From Dehalococcoidia bacterium (GTDB taxonomy: Bacteria > Chloroflexota > Dehalococcoidia > Lucifugimonadales > VXLM01), in contig OY759598.1 in NCBI GenBank assembly GCA_963662435.1, forward strand, positions 838,507 through 902,506: 64,000 bases of DNA, read 5' to 3'. Below, one piece after another: positions 10,002-20,470 of this stretch. The translations under genes were made by a program, and so were the position numbers. Under the pieces are notes generated by a model that saw only the letters and a program-made list of their open reading frames with translations, made no database searches and was not told the DNA's origin. Numbering within the stretch: position 1 is the stretch's first letter; the number at the start of each line of letters is the position of its first letter.

Positions 10002-10910
10002 ATGAGTGAGTTCGTCGGATATTTCAATGGTGAATGGATGCCAATGGACAGGATCACGTACGATCCGGCCGATCTGGGTCCCTCAAAGGGCGACCAGGTG
10101 TTTGAGACGATTCGTACGTTCGGCGGGGTGAGCTTTCGGATGAAGGAGCACGTCGACCGCCTGTACCGCTCGCTGACGTACGTGCGAATCGATCCCGGCC
10201 TGACTGCTCAGGAGATGCTCGACCTGTCGGAAGAAGGGATTGAACGGAACAGGCATCTCCTCGACGAGGTGGGCGACTTCAGCATTCAGCAGCTTGTGAC
10301 TCGGGGCCCGGGCGGGCCGCGGGCATGGGCGGCCGGTCCTCCGAACGTCTACATCAAATTCGGTCCCAATACGATCTGGTACGAGGACAAGTACGTTGAC
10401 GGACTCCACGGCGTCATCACGCGGACGCGGAGCTTCGACGCTGAGGCCCTCGACCCGAAGCTGAAGCATCTCAGCCGAATGAATATGAGCATAGCGGAGC
10501 TCGAGGCCAACGACCTGGATCCCGGCGCCTGGCCGATACTGACCGATAAGGACGGCTACCTAACGGAAGGTTCCGGCTACAACGTGTTCTTCGTGACTGA
10601 CGGCGTCCTGCGGACACCGACGGAACGGGCCATTCTCGCCGGAGTATCCCGCGGCATGGTGCTGGACCTGGCGGACGGTCTGGGACTTCCCGCGTCCATT
10701 GAGCACCTGCAGCCCTATGACGCGTACACAGCGGACGAGGCATTCTTTACGAGCACGCCGTTCTGCGTCCTGCCGGTTACGTACATCGACAAGCGCGCGA
10801 TTGGGGACGGGAAGCCGGGGCCGATCACGATGCAGCTTCTGGCTGCTTGGAGCGAGGCTGTTGGCGTCGATGTGATCGACCAGGCGATGCAGTATTCAGG
10901 GAGGAATTGA
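10002..10910 (+). CDS. Aminotransferase class IV (IlvE/D-Ala transaminase family)
   Basis: GDQVFETIR, HVDRL, catalytic K in KLKH, EGSGYN, ILAGVSR. Confidence 0.9.
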   Translation: MSEFVGYFNGEWMPMDRITYDPADLGPSKGDQVFETIRTFGGVSFRMKEHVDRLYRSLTYVRIDPGLTAQEMLDLSEEGIERNRHLLDEVGDFSIQQLVTRGPGGPRAWAAGPPNVYIKFGPNTIWYEDKYVDGLHGVITRTRSFDAEALDPKLKHLSRMNMSIAELEANDLDPGAWPILTDKDGYLTEGSGYNVFFVTDGVLRTPTERAILAGVSRGMVLDLADGLGLPASIEHLQPYDAYTADEAFFTSTPFCVLPVTYIDKRAIGDGKPGPITMQLLAAWSEAVGVDVIDQAMQYSGRN

Positions 10911-10954
10911 GGGCGTAGAGTCGGCTAACGGCCAGGCTTGTCACGCCGCTCCGG

Positions 10955-11776
10955 CTAGGGTCTAGTTGCGACGGCCTCTCCGAAGCCGATTGCCCCTACT
11001 GCCCCGGGGTGGTTTTTCCACTCGTCCAAACTTTCTCGCCACTCGTCGAACTGCTCCTGGGTCGCCAGTCCAAAGTTGGTGGCCGCGGCGATGACTTCGG
11101 GCGAGTAGAACCAGTCCATGATGAAGGCGTGGAAGAATGAAACGTCTTCGCTCGAACTGAAGAAGTCGAATGATGCGGTCGCACGGACATCCGTGAATCC
11201 GGCCTCTAAAAGGATTCGTTTTAGCTCTCTGCCCATCTGAGGGTGACCGCCATTGGCAGCTAGAAGACTACCGAAGGTCTCCCAAGCGGGCGCGGTCTCC
11301 TCCGCACCAGGCTCGAGGAACGATGAGCTGAGTATGAATTCGCGGCTTGAGATGATGCCGCCGGGTTTGAGGACCCGCTTGACCTCTGAAAGCGTTGCCT
11401 CGGTATCCGGAACGTGCATGAGAACGGCGTGGCAGTGGGCGACGTCGAAGGAGTTGTCCTCGAACGGCAGATCGGTGACATCGCCAACATGAAACGTTGC
11501 GTTGTCATGTCCGCCCGCCACAGCGGCGGAACGTGCCAGGTTTATCTGGGACTCCTCCACGTCGATGCCGTGCAACACTCCGGGAGCAACTGCAGTTGCA
11601 AGACCGACCGAGATGGTGCCTGGCCCACATCCGAAGTCGAGGACATTCAAGCCGGCTTCGAGGTGTGGAAGCAGGTGAGCCGCGTGAGACTCGGCACTGC
11701 GGCGATGGAGGAGCTGAAGAAACTCCTCGCTGTACCCCATGGTGTAGTCTTGCTCTTCGTTTGAGTGGTCGTTCAT
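10955..11776 (-). CDS. Class I SAM-dependent methyltransferase
   Basis: VLDFGCGPG, LPFEDNSFD, RVLKPGG. Confidence 0.9.
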   Translation of the reverse strand: MNDHSNEEQDYTMGYSEEFLQLLHRRSAESHAAHLLPHLEAGLNVLDFGCGPGTISVGLATAVAPGVLHGIDVEESQINLARSAAVAGGHDNATFHVGDVTDLPFEDNSFDVAHCHAVLMHVPDTEATLSEVKRVLKPGGIISSREFILSSSFLEPGAEETAPAWETFGSLLAANGGHPQMGRELKRILLEAGFTDVRATASFDFFSSSEDVSFFHAFIMDWFYSPEVIAAATNFGLATQEQFDEWRESLDEWKNHPGAVGAIGFGEAVATRP

Positions 11777-11908
11777 GTTGGGTCTCTTAATGAAGGCAGA
11801 ATTACTGAGTCCGCGCTCTCCCAATCGTTTGCGGATTTCGTGAAAAAAAGAGATTTGCGATGTGGCCTCGGGCCCTGAGGGACGACAAGGGTGCGGGAGT
11901 TAACCGAC

Positions 11909-12559
11909 CTAGTACATGTGAGGCTGGACTGAGGAGGCGACGGATAGCTCAATGTCCTGGATCGCCTGGGCCATGGCTTGGCCGATGAGGTCCAGTTTGC
12001 GCACCTGCTCAATGCGTTCTGTTGCGCGATTGAGTTCGGCTCTGGAAAGTAGCTGCGCAAAGAGTCCACAGGCGTCAGCGAGACAAATGATCACCACATC
12101 GCGAGGGTCGGGGATTTCGTCGCTGAAGAGCACTGCCATGATGCGGAGCTTTACTTCTCGCTCAGCTTTTCCGTCGATGGCCGGATAGCGCCTAGAACGG
12201 AACACCCAAAGGAAGCGGTCGTCTTCGCGCTCCAGAATACCGCGTTCCACCAATCGGTTGAGAGCTTGCTCACGGATGACCTGGGAGCGCTCAGCGGTGC
12301 GTTCAACCCAGAAACGAGCGTCCTTCTGTTCTCCTGCCGCTATGTCAGCCAGCGTGGGGTCGAGCAGCTGGTTGCCTGTTGGGGTGTCATCGAGAAGTAT
12401 TAGGGTCTGCAAATCGGTATCGATTCGATTATCCATCGCGAGATCCATCAGCACGCCACCCGCAATTGCATAGTCGAATGACCAACTGGGAACGCGCACG
12501 AATCTCCCGTCCTCATCGCGGAGCAAGAGAAGGATGACTTCCTCGACGAAGCTCAGCAT
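11909..12559 (-). CDS. GPP34/GOLPH3 family protein
   Basis: LSFVEEVILLLL, AGGVLMDL, LVERGIL...FLWVF...RRYP family pattern. Confidence 0.8.
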   Translation of the reverse strand: MLSFVEEVILLLLRDEDGRFVRVPSWSFDYAIAGGVLMDLAMDNRIDTDLQTLILLDDTPTGNQLLDPTLADIAAGEQKDARFWVERTAERSQVIREQALNRLVERGILEREDDRFLWVFRSRRYPAIDGKAEREVKLRIMAVLFSDEIPDPRDVVIICLADACGLFAQLLSRAELNRATERIEQVRKLDLIGQAMAQAIQDIELSVASSVQPHMY

Positions 12560-12818
12560 GTTGTTAGTCCTTTCAAGACTCGGCATTTGATCCGAATGTC
12601 AATTGAATTTGTACACCTTTCGAATAGCGAAAGGTTGGTGACATGATAATCTACCTGTCTAGTCGCTGCCACCCTGCGGCGGCTGCCAGCTGGTCTCGTG
12701 AATTCAGGACAGTCATCAGGGTTCCCTATCGCATAGCGCCTGTGGAGCGGCATTTCGGGTGCGACGGCATGAGACGGCGGTCTGCGGGAATTGCTGCCAC
12801 CATTCTTCGAGTTGTGGT

Positions 12819-13625
12819 CTACCTATTTTCGTTGCAGACGTCCAAGAGGTAATTCGTTGCGTCGAGACGCCACCGTTGGCCGGGAGAGTGTGACGGGGTA
12901 TCCACTACGTGAAGACGATTGAGGAGGCCGCCGTCGGGTAGGGCGCTTCGCTGTTTGTCGAAGAGTTTCATGGCGAATCGAACGCAGGACTCGGTGCTGA
13001 CTACGTCGTCCTGGCTACCGACGGAGAGGTAGACGGCCTTGTGGGCGAGTTGTTCCGCCCAATTCTCGATATGCAGTTGCGCCGTGCGGTCAGGGTCGGC
13101 ATGTTCAGCGAACTCGCCTAGGACAGCCCAGTCAGTGACGGGTGAGGGACCAGCAACGGCGTGAACGCGCGAGTCGGCGGCGGCGAGTCGAAGGAGGCAG
13201 TAGGCGGCGCGGGAAACTCCGTAACCGACGATCTTGCCGTTGACGGCGACGCCTCTCTCAAGGCAAGCGTTGATGGCAGCCATGCCGTCGGACACGAACT
13301 GTTCGAAGGGGTCGTTGCCGGCAGTGAAGGCCTTGCTCATGGCGCGGATGTTGCCGTTTGCCGCGCCGGGAGGAGTCTCTTCAATGGAGTCCCTGACGAT
13401 GCGGTCTCCGTGATGAGGGAGATCGAAGGTGAGGACGTGATGGCCCGCATCTAGGAACGGCCGGGTCGGGTGGTTTTGGCTAGGGTCGTGGATGGCGTAG
13501 TGGCGGGTTGCGCTGATGTTGAGGAGCAGGGAAGCGTTCTCGTTCGTCTTGGAAGGATCCGGGGAGACAAGCCAGCAGGTGACCTCTTCGCCTCGCGAGT
13601 TGATGGTGAATTCGGTGATGTTCAA
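12819..13625 (-). CDS. Alpha/beta hydrolase
   Basis: DLPHHG; nucleophile elbow GVSRA; Asp (QDDVV) and His (PSHS). Confidence 0.7.
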   Translation of the reverse strand: MNITEFTINSRGEEVTCWLVSPDPSKTNENASLLLNISATRHYAIHDPSQNHPTRPFLDAGHHVLTFDLPHHGDRIVRDSIEETPPGAANGNIRAMSKAFTAGNDPFEQFVSDGMAAINACLERGVAVNGKIVGYGVSRAAYCLLRLAAADSRVHAVAGPSPVTDWAVLGEFAEHADPDRTAQLHIENWAEQLAHKAVYLSVGSQDDVVSTESCVRFAMKLFDKQRSALPDGGLLNRLHVVDTPSHSPGQRWRLDATNYLLDVCNENR

Positions 13626-13666
13626 GTAGGGGGCTCCTGTGGTTGGGACTGGTCATCAATTAAGGG

Positions 13667-14701
13667 CTACGGGAGTTTCACTGGGAGGACCCACGAGGGC
13701 CACATTCCGAGATCGTAGTTGTCGAGAGAGTGGAGCAGGCCGTTTGAGTCTATTCTATGCGAGGTGACGCGGCCTGAGTGGTCGCTACCGGCGTAGAGGA
13801 AGCGGCCGTCGGGGTCGACTCCGAAGGTTCTGGGACATTCCTTCGTAGGCGAATGGCCTGCGGGAGTTAGAAAGCCGGTGCGAAGGTTGACGGTGAAGGC
13901 GGCGATGCTGTCGTGGCCGCGGTTGGAGACGTAGACGGCTTTAGCGGACGGATGGACACGAACAGTGGCTGTGCTGTTGGCGCCCCCGAATCCTTCGTCG
14001 GGTAGGGTGGAGAGGGACTGAATGGGTTCCAGAACGCCGTTGACTGAGTCGAGGCGGTAGACGTTGACGTGGGAGGACTGCTCGGCGTTGGCGTACAGGA
14101 TGTCGAGGGTGGGGTGGTAGGCGAGGTGTCGAGGGCCGTGTCCGGTGGGGGTGTCGAGCTTGCGTGGGTCGCATGGGGTCAGCCTGCCGGTCGTCTCGTC
14201 GAACCGAAAGCGGTAGATGGCATCCGTAGGTGCTACGTGGGGGACGAAGGCGAAACGGTTTGAGTTATCGGTCGCGATGTAGTGGGCGTAGAGGTCGGTC
14301 ATCTGCCTGTCGACGGCAGGGCCGCGGGCGACGCCGTCGGGATCGATGCGGTGGACGGTCACCATGCCGGGGAAGAGGTATGCAGCGAAGAGGAAGCGTC
14401 CGGTCCTGTCGGTGGAGACGTAGCAGGCGTCGGACTCCAGTTCCACCTCTCCTATTTGGGTGACGCCACCATTTGGGGAATCGATGCGCAGGGTGAGGAC
14501 GCCGCTGTAGCCGTCGCCCCGGACCTGTTGATAGAGGAATCGCAGGTCGGGCGAGATGCAGAGCTGCCAAGGCTGGGCAGGGAGGTCGATGTCGTGTTTC
14601 AGGGTGAGCTTGCCCGACTCGCCGTCCATCGCGAACACAAGGAACCTCTTCTCTTCGGTGAGCGGAATGTAGACGAAACGCTTTACCTCTGCCCTAGTCA
14701 T
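13667..14701 (-). CDS. Lactonase-family 7-bladed beta-propeller (Pgl-like)
   Basis: GPRH, YVSNRGHDSI, PRTF. ATGA overlap with the upstream gene. Confidence 0.88.
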   Translation of the reverse strand: MTRAEVKRFVYIPLTEEKRFLVFAMDGESGKLTLKHDIDLPAQPWQLCISPDLRFLYQQVRGDGYSGVLTLRIDSPNGGVTQIGEVELESDACYVSTDRTGRFLFAAYLFPGMVTVHRIDPDGVARGPAVDRQMTDLYAHYIATDNSNRFAFVPHVAPTDAIYRFRFDETTGRLTPCDPRKLDTPTGHGPRHLAYHPTLDILYANAEQSSHVNVYRLDSVNGVLEPIQSLSTLPDEGFGGANSTATVRVHPSAKAVYVSNRGHDSIAAFTVNLRTGFLTPAGHSPTKECPRTFGVDPDGRFLYAGSDHSGRVTSHRIDSNGLLHSLDNYDLGMWPSWVLPVKLP

Positions 14702-16116
14702 CGCACCGTGAAGGAGTACAGCTCTGCGTTGCGCAGGTAGAGCTTGAGTCTGACGACGCAGCCTTGCAGGTCGTCGAGCGAGGTCTTGGTGCGCCACGTG
14801 ACGCGGTGATCCACCGAGTCCCCGTCAAACACGGCGCAGTCGGCGCTGGAGAAACCCTCGTGCTGAGTTCCATGCTCGTCGAGGACGGCAACGGCGACGG
14901 AGCCTCCTCGTGCGGAGGCGTTGATGGATAGGTTGTCACCTTCGACAAGGAAGGGCTTGGTGATGAGGCTTCCCATCTCGTGGCCGGCGTCCATGGATAC
15001 GAAGCCGTCGAGTCTGAGCTTGGCGAGGCAGATGGGACCGCTGCGTCCGGTGATGCCGTGTTCGACGGCGCAGACGGAGTAGTAAAACCAGAGCTCGTCG
15101 TCAACGGTGACGGGGCCTCGCGCCATGTATATCTCCCCCGCGTCGATACTCCCCGGCGGGCCATTCGGTATGAAGGGCTTTCTCTCGCCCGCTCGGTGCC
15201 AGTCGATGCCATCGCGGCTGACGGCGAGTTGGACATCGATGGTGCCCATGAACCTGATCTGCGGCTCCTCCGGGGGCGTGTGGTAGGCGAGAAGCTGGCC
15301 GATGTAGACGTCGTGGTACTTGAAGACAGGCATTCCGTAGAATTCGAGGCCGGGTGGGTCGTCGTCGTCGGGAACGAGCACGTCTTCGGGGACAGTCCAG
15401 TTAGTGAAGTCGTCGCTGGTGGCGCGGCCGATTCGACGGGTCTTGTTGCCCTCGTGAACGGACGGACGTGCGAAGGAGACGTACTTGCCGTGGAGGTCGT
15501 CCCAGCCGAGCAGGGTGTGGGAGTCGCTTGACCGGGTGATGACCGGGTTGCCGTGGTACTTGGTCCAACGGAGGCCGTCGGGCGAGAAGGCGATGGATAC
15601 ACCGTCGCCCATGTTGGGAGTTCCCGCCGGATCGCGGGCCTCGAAGAATAGCGACTTATAGAGCCGTTCGGGGTCGGGATCGCGTGGGTCGTAGATTATG
15701 TTGGCGTATGCGGCGTCGAGCATCACGAGGTTGTTGTCGCGGGAGCCTTCGTACTCGATCAGGCCGAGGTTGGGCCGCTCCCAGAAGACGCCGTCGTCTG
15801 AGGTGGCATAGCCGATGGTGTAGAGGAGGTTGCGTCCGTCAAAGCCCTTCCATGGGGAGTCACAGTTGTCGTCGCCCATGCGCGGTATCCCCATTCCGCC
15901 GTAGCCCTGATACCACATGCGGAACTTGCCAGTCTCTTCATTTCGCCAAACTGTACCGTAGAGGGCGAGTCGGCCCTCCCATGGGTAGAGAGGGTTCATG
16001 ATGGGGTTGCCGGCGTACTTGGCAGGTTGATGCAGGGTGGATGCCAGCGCGTGGGTCTCTTCGACGATGTGGCTATCGATGAATAGCTGCGGGGCTGTGC
16101 CGATTTCGATTGTCAT
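14698..16116 (-). CDS. Glycoside hydrolase-like beta-propeller protein of unknown specificity
   Basis: QLFID, YATSDDG, FSPDG, SRDGIDW, LRLDGF, LYSF. Confidence 0.7.
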   Translation of the reverse strand: MTIEIGTAPQLFIDSHIVEETHALASTLHQPAKYAGNPIMNPLYPWEGRLALYGTVWRNEETGKFRMWYQGYGGMGIPRMGDDNCDSPWKGFDGRNLLYTIGYATSDDGVFWERPNLGLIEYEGSRDNNLVMLDAAYANIIYDPRDPDPERLYKSLFFEARDPAGTPNMGDGVSIAFSPDGLRWTKYHGNPVITRSSDSHTLLGWDDLHGKYVSFARPSVHEGNKTRRIGRATSDDFTNWTVPEDVLVPDDDDPPGLEFYGMPVFKYHDVYIGQLLAYHTPPEEPQIRFMGTIDVQLAVSRDGIDWHRAGERKPFIPNGPPGSIDAGEIYMARGPVTVDDELWFYYSVCAVEHGITGRSGPICLAKLRLDGFVSMDAGHEMGSLITKPFLVEGDNLSINASARGGSVAVAVLDEHGTQHEGFSSADCAVFDGDSVDHRVTWRTKTSLDDLQGCVVRLKLYLRNAELYSFTVR

Positions 16117-16189
16117 GCTTGTGGGCCTCCGTTGGCGCGCAGTGTGCCACAAGGGGGGAGTGGGGTAAAGGGAGGGGGCTTTTCCAGAG

Positions 16190-16253
16190 TTCGTTCGTGC
16201 TGAGTCTGTCGAAGTATGAATGGACAACCCTTCGACAAGCTCAGGGTGAACGG
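16190..16253. repeat. REP-like family A (CCCTTCGACAGGCTCAGGGTGAACGG with its inverted partner)
   Basis: Further copies at about 20563, 32143, 39836-39895, 43535, 54571-54660 and 58548, all intergenic. Confidence 0.88.
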
Positions 16254-16384
16254 AAGGGACAAGCGGCTTACGGCTTTGGAAAGGCCCTGAAAAGGAGGGG
16301 AGTGAGGCGGGAGGTTAGGGGGCTGTTGACAGGGTCCGTGGATTGACGGATTATATGAGTAAGACTCGATAAGAAGAGGCGCTT

Positions 16385-16642
16385 ATGCCACGAACAACAA
16401 GGACCATCACGTTTTCTCTGCCCCCTGAGATGATGGAACGGGCGGACGAGGTGATAAAGGAGCAGGGACGGTCGAGGAGCGAATTCTTGCGAGAGGCGTT
16501 GCTCCGTTACATTGAGGAGTATGAGTGGAGGCAGGTACTCAGATACGGAGAGCGGAGAGCGAGAGAGAAGGGAATAGGTTCTGAGGATGTGGGCCCGTTG
16601 GTGGAAGAGTATCGAGGAGAGACCGGTTCCACCGCGGCATGA
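16385..16642 (+). CDS. CopG/RHH antitoxin
   Basis: ITFSLPPEM...SRSEFLREAL; ATGA-coupled to the PIN gene. Confidence 0.88.
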   Translation: MPRTTRTITFSLPPEMMERADEVIKEQGRSRSEFLREALLRYIEEYEWRQVLRYGERRAREKGIGSEDVGPLVEEYRGETGSTAA

Positions 16643-17055
16643 GGGTTGTTCTGGACACCAACGTCATTATCTCCGGGCTGAATTTCCCTGGCAACGAGCG
16701 CCTCGTTCTCGATCTGGCTCGCAGGGGACGGTTTGAGCTATATCTATCACCCTTCATCCTGGAGGAGGTTGCGGGGGTATTGCGTCGCAAGTTCGGCTGG
16801 AGTAAAGAGCGAACTTCCCAAGTCATCCGTATGCTGGGAAATGAGGCCACCGTGGTCGAACCGGGGTGGATACCCGATGTTGTGGAGGGTAATGCGGCTG
16901 ACAACCGCATTCTTGGATGCGTGGCTGAAGCCTCTGCCGACTATCTGGTCACCGGAGACCGGCGGCATCTCCTGCCCTTGGAGAAGCACGGGAGCGCGAG
17001 AATACTCAACGCCCCTCGATTCCTTTCCGCATTGGAAGGGCAATTTGATCGCTAG
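16639..17055 (+). CDS. PIN-domain toxin (PIN_3-like)
   Basis: RVVLDTNV, DNRILGC, LVTGDRRHLL. Confidence 0.9.
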   Translation: MRVVLDTNVIISGLNFPGNERLVLDLARRGRFELYLSPFILEEVAGVLRRKFGWSKERTSQVIRMLGNEATVVEPGWIPDVVEGNAADNRILGCVAEASADYLVTGDRRHLLPLEKHGSARILNAPRFLSALEGQFDR

Positions 17056-17855
17056 TGATGAATGATCTTTTGATGAAACTCAAAAGCCCAGAGGACAGAA
17101 GTGGAAGCAAGCCTCGCTGTCATTGGTTGACGCATGGAGCACAGGAGCAGGTCGCAAACCGGCTCACAGGGCTGGCCGAGCCTTGGGGCACGGTGTCAGC
17201 AGATGACCGCTGGATGCCGGAGGGGTTTTGTCGAGTCGAGGAGGCGCGCTTGAATAGAGCGTCAAAACTACTCCCGAAACGAGACCGTGACAAGTTGCGT
17301 GACTGGTGGCTGGCGGTTCCGGGTGGAGCGAATACTCCAAACTGGGATATTGCGAGCACCTGCACTGTAGACAACGCTAAGGGGATACTCCTCGTTGAAG
17401 CAAAGGCGCACAACGAGGAGTTGAACAAAGAAAGGGCGGGAAAAAGCCTTGCTCCCAAATCCTTGGATAACTCGAAACGGAATCATGAGCAAATTGGGAA
17501 AGCCATTGAGAAAGCCAATAACGATTTGGCGGAGCAAACGGGCTACAGGTGGACTTTGGCGCGTGACCATCACTATCAGATGTCGAACCGTCTTGCGTGG
17601 GCGTGGAAGCTGACGGAACTGGGATATTCGGTGATCTTGGTTTATCTTGGCTTTCTCAATGCCGAGGAAATGTGCAAAGGAAGAGAACAGCGTCCGTTGA
17701 GCGACCACGCCGAGTGGGAATGTCTTGTTAAGGGTCACAGCCAATCGTTGTTTTCGGGAGAGGTCTGGAATCGGCAGTGGAACGTCAACGGTCAGGTATT
17801 TGTCTCACGCATATGTTCACTCGAAATGGCGTATGATGTGCCACTGGAAGATTAA
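17055..17855 (+). CDS. Putative PD-(D/E)XK nuclease-fold protein
   Basis: PNWDIA...LLVEAK, and YQMSNR. Confidence 0.6.
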   Translation: MMNDLLMKLKSPEDRSGSKPRCHWLTHGAQEQVANRLTGLAEPWGTVSADDRWMPEGFCRVEEARLNRASKLLPKRDRDKLRDWWLAVPGGANTPNWDIASTCTVDNAKGILLVEAKAHNEELNKERAGKSLAPKSLDNSKRNHEQIGKAIEKANNDLAEQTGYRWTLARDHHYQMSNRLAWAWKLTELGYSVILVYLGFLNAEEMCKGREQRPLSDHAEWECLVKGHSQSLFSGEVWNRQWNVNGQVFVSRICSLEMAYDVPLED

Positions 17856-17891
17856 CCGCAAGGCAACTGAGCCGAATGGAGTAACGATCGT

Positions 17892-19565
17892 ATGACCGTA
17901 ATGACCGGAAAGCACGCGATGATGGAGATGCTCAGGGCCGAGGGCGTCAAGTACGTCTTCGGGAATCCTGGGACGAGCGAGAGCGCGATGATGGACGCGA
18001 TCGAGCACTATCCCGACCTGGAGTACGTACTGGTGACGCAGGAGGGCGTCGCGGTCGGGATGGCGGACTCATACGGACGCGCGACGGGTAAGCCATCGTT
18101 CCTGAATCTCCACATCGAGACGGGTCTCGCGAATGCCATCAGCCTCATGCACAACGCGCGTGAGGGTGGGTCGTCAATGGTGGTCACGTCGGGAAACAAG
18201 GATATCCGGGAGCTTGCGCACGAGCGCACGGACCTTGCTGCGATGGTGGAGCAGTTCACCAAGTGGACGGCCGAGGCCACGTACCCGGAGCAGGTGCCGT
18301 TCTTCCTGCGTCGGGCGTTCAACGAGGCGAATACTCCGCCGACCGGGCCGACGTTCGTGGGTTTCTCAGCCAACTCGATGGACAACGAGGCGGACGTGGA
18401 TATCTTTGCGTCGCCGGAGGGATATCACCGGACGGCGCCGGATGTTCAAGCGGTCGAGAAGGCGGCTGGCATCCTCGCCGAGGCGTCGAATCCTCTTCTG
18501 ATCGTGAGCGACCGCATCGCGCAGTCGGGGGCATCGGAGGAGGCCGTCCGGGTCGCGGAATTGCTCGGTTGTCCCGTGCACACGACGATCATGCACTCGG
18601 AGTTCAACTTCCCGGAGAATCATCCTCAGTTCCGTGGCGGGATCCGATTGGCGTATCCCGAGGCGGAGGAGACGGTGAACAAGGCGGACGCGGTGCTGCT
18701 GGTCGGCAAGATGGCGACGGGGTACTACATGTTCTCGAAGCCTCGCCTGGACTACTTCGGGCCCAATACGAAGCTGATCCACGTCGACACCGACCCGACG
18801 CAGGTGGGTACGACGCAGAGAACGGAGGTCGGGATCGTGGCCGACCCGAAGGTCACCCTGGCCGATATTGCCGAGGCACTCGACGCGGGTATGTCAGGGA
18901 CGGCGCGGGAGGTCGCCAAGGGCAGGGCGGCGGCGCTGGGCGAGGAGACTCAGGCCATGCGTACGGCGTGGGAGCAGCAGCTTCGTGCACAGTGGAACGA
19001 CTCACCGATGACGCGGGAGCGCATGGCGTACGAGATTGCGCAGACAGTCCCCAATGACGCGATTATCGCTGACGACTCCGTGACGGCGCGGGAAGCCGTG
19101 CATAATGCCTTCCAATTCGATGAGCCCCAGAGCTTCTACGCCGGAAGAGGCGGCGCGCTCGGATGGGGTATGGGTGGCACGCTGGGTGTGAAGCTCGCGC
19201 ATCCTGACCGACCAGTTGTTGGAATCCTGGGTGACGGCAGCGCGATGATGACCGTGCAGGGCCTGTGGACTGCTGCCGTCTACAATATTCCAGTCGTCTA
19301 TGTGATCTGCAACAACGGCTCTTACCGGGTCCTCAAGATCAATATGAACGCCTACAAGACGTTGATCGAAGGGCAGGAGAACCCGGTCAGCAGATATATC
19401 GGGATGGACTTTCCGATTCCTTTCGACATTGCGGGAATGGCTGAGGCGATGGGTGTGCAGGGTCGTAAGATCACCAATCCGTCGGACATCGCGCCTGAGA
19501 TCGACAAGGCTCTTGCCTCAGGGAAACCGGCAGTCCTCGACGTTGCCATCGACGGGACGGTGTAG
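17892..19565 (+). CDS. TPP-dependent enzyme (benzoylformate decarboxylase-like)
   Basis: FGNPGTSE, GDGSAMM, NNGSY. Confidence 0.9.
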   Translation: MTVMTGKHAMMEMLRAEGVKYVFGNPGTSESAMMDAIEHYPDLEYVLVTQEGVAVGMADSYGRATGKPSFLNLHIETGLANAISLMHNAREGGSSMVVTSGNKDIRELAHERTDLAAMVEQFTKWTAEATYPEQVPFFLRRAFNEANTPPTGPTFVGFSANSMDNEADVDIFASPEGYHRTAPDVQAVEKAAGILAEASNPLLIVSDRIAQSGASEEAVRVAELLGCPVHTTIMHSEFNFPENHPQFRGGIRLAYPEAEETVNKADAVLLVGKMATGYYMFSKPRLDYFGPNTKLIHVDTDPTQVGTTQRTEVGIVADPKVTLADIAEALDAGMSGTAREVAKGRAAALGEETQAMRTAWEQQLRAQWNDSPMTRERMAYEIAQTVPNDAIIADDSVTAREAVHNAFQFDEPQSFYAGRGGALGWGMGGTLGVKLAHPDRPVVGILGDGSAMMTVQGLWTAAVYNIPVVYVICNNGSYRVLKINMNAYKTLIEGQENPVSRYIGMDFPIPFDIAGMAEAMGVQGRKITNPSDIAPEIDKALASGKPAVLDVAIDGTV

Positions 19566-19649
19566 GGGAAGGGTTCTTGGTTCTGGGTTGTGGATTCCCG
19601 CCACGAAGGAACGATTGAGGCGAAATTCCTTGCATTACCGGGCTGTGTG

Positions 19650-19686
19650 CCCTCACCCCAGCCCTCTCCCACGACGGGAGAGGGGG
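19650..19686. repeat. REP-like family B (CCCTCACCCCAGCCCTCTCCC-n-GGGAGAGGG)
   Basis: Further copies at 42484-42520, 49741-49779 and 54787-54825; degenerate copy at about 34165. Confidence 0.88.
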
Positions 19687-19708
19687 TAATACCGTGAAAT
19701 AGGCTGCG

Positions 19709-20470
19709 ATGGATGCGCAACGGTTGTACGAACTTCTCGAGGACTTTAGGTCAGGCCGCCTGACGGCAGACGAGGTTGTTGCGGAAGTCTCAGTACCTTC
19801 ATTCGAGGATATTGGATTTGCCAAGGTCGACCACCACCGGGCGATTCGCAAGGGCTTCCCGGAGGTAGTGTTTGGGCTAGGTAAGACACCGGAGCAAGTT
19901 GGACGGCTGGCGGAGGTTTTGCTGGAGCGTTCGGACCGTTTGTTGGTAACCAAGACAACTCTGGAGGCGTATCGGGTAGTTTGCGAGGCGGCGCCCGATG
20001 CCGTTTTCGATGAGATGTCGGGGACAATCACGGTCGACCGGAGTGAGGGCAGAGACCCGTCGCCCGGCGTGGTGGTGGCAAGTGCGGGAACGTCCGACTT
20101 GCCGGTGGCTGCAGAGGCAGCGATAACCGCTGAGATCATGGGCTGTCGGGTCGAGCGGGTGAACGACGTGGGGGTCGCGGGGATCCACCGGCTTTTCGCC
20201 GAGATGCCGACTATAGCCGAAGCACAGGTGGTAGTTGTGGTGGCGGGTATGGAGGGAGCTCTGGCGTCGGTGGTGGGTGGACTGGTGCGCGCACCGGTGA
20301 TCGCGGTGCCAACGAGCGTGGGGTATGGATCTAGCTTCGACGGGCTCGCGGCGCTGCTTGCGATGCTGAACAGTTGCGCTCCCGGAGTGTCGGTGGTCAA
20401 CATCGACAATGGGTTCGGCGCGGGGTACATGGCGGCGATGATTCTGCAGGGAAGGGACGAGCGGGGTTGA
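19709..20470 (+). CDS. larB: Nickel pincer cofactor biosynthesis protein LarB
   Basis: DHHRAIRKGFPEVV, AGTSD, DVGVAG, PTSVGYG, NIDNGFGA. Confidence 0.92.
   Translation: MDAQRLYELLEDFRSGRLTADEVVAEVSVPSFEDIGFAKVDHHRAIRKGFPEVVFGLGKTPEQVGRLAEVLLERSDRLLVTKTTLEAYRVVCEAAPDAVFDEMSGTITVDRSEGRDPSPGVVVASAGTSDLPVAAEAAITAEIMGCRVERVNDVGVAGIHRLFAEMPTIAEAQVVVVVAGMEGALASVVGGLVRAPVIAVPTSVGYGSSFDGLAALLAMLNSCAPGVSVVNIDNGFGAGYMAAMILQGRDERG

Noticed and set aside
19709..20470. purE
   Set aside because: The N-terminal extension and the PTSVGYG/NIDNG motifs identify LarB.
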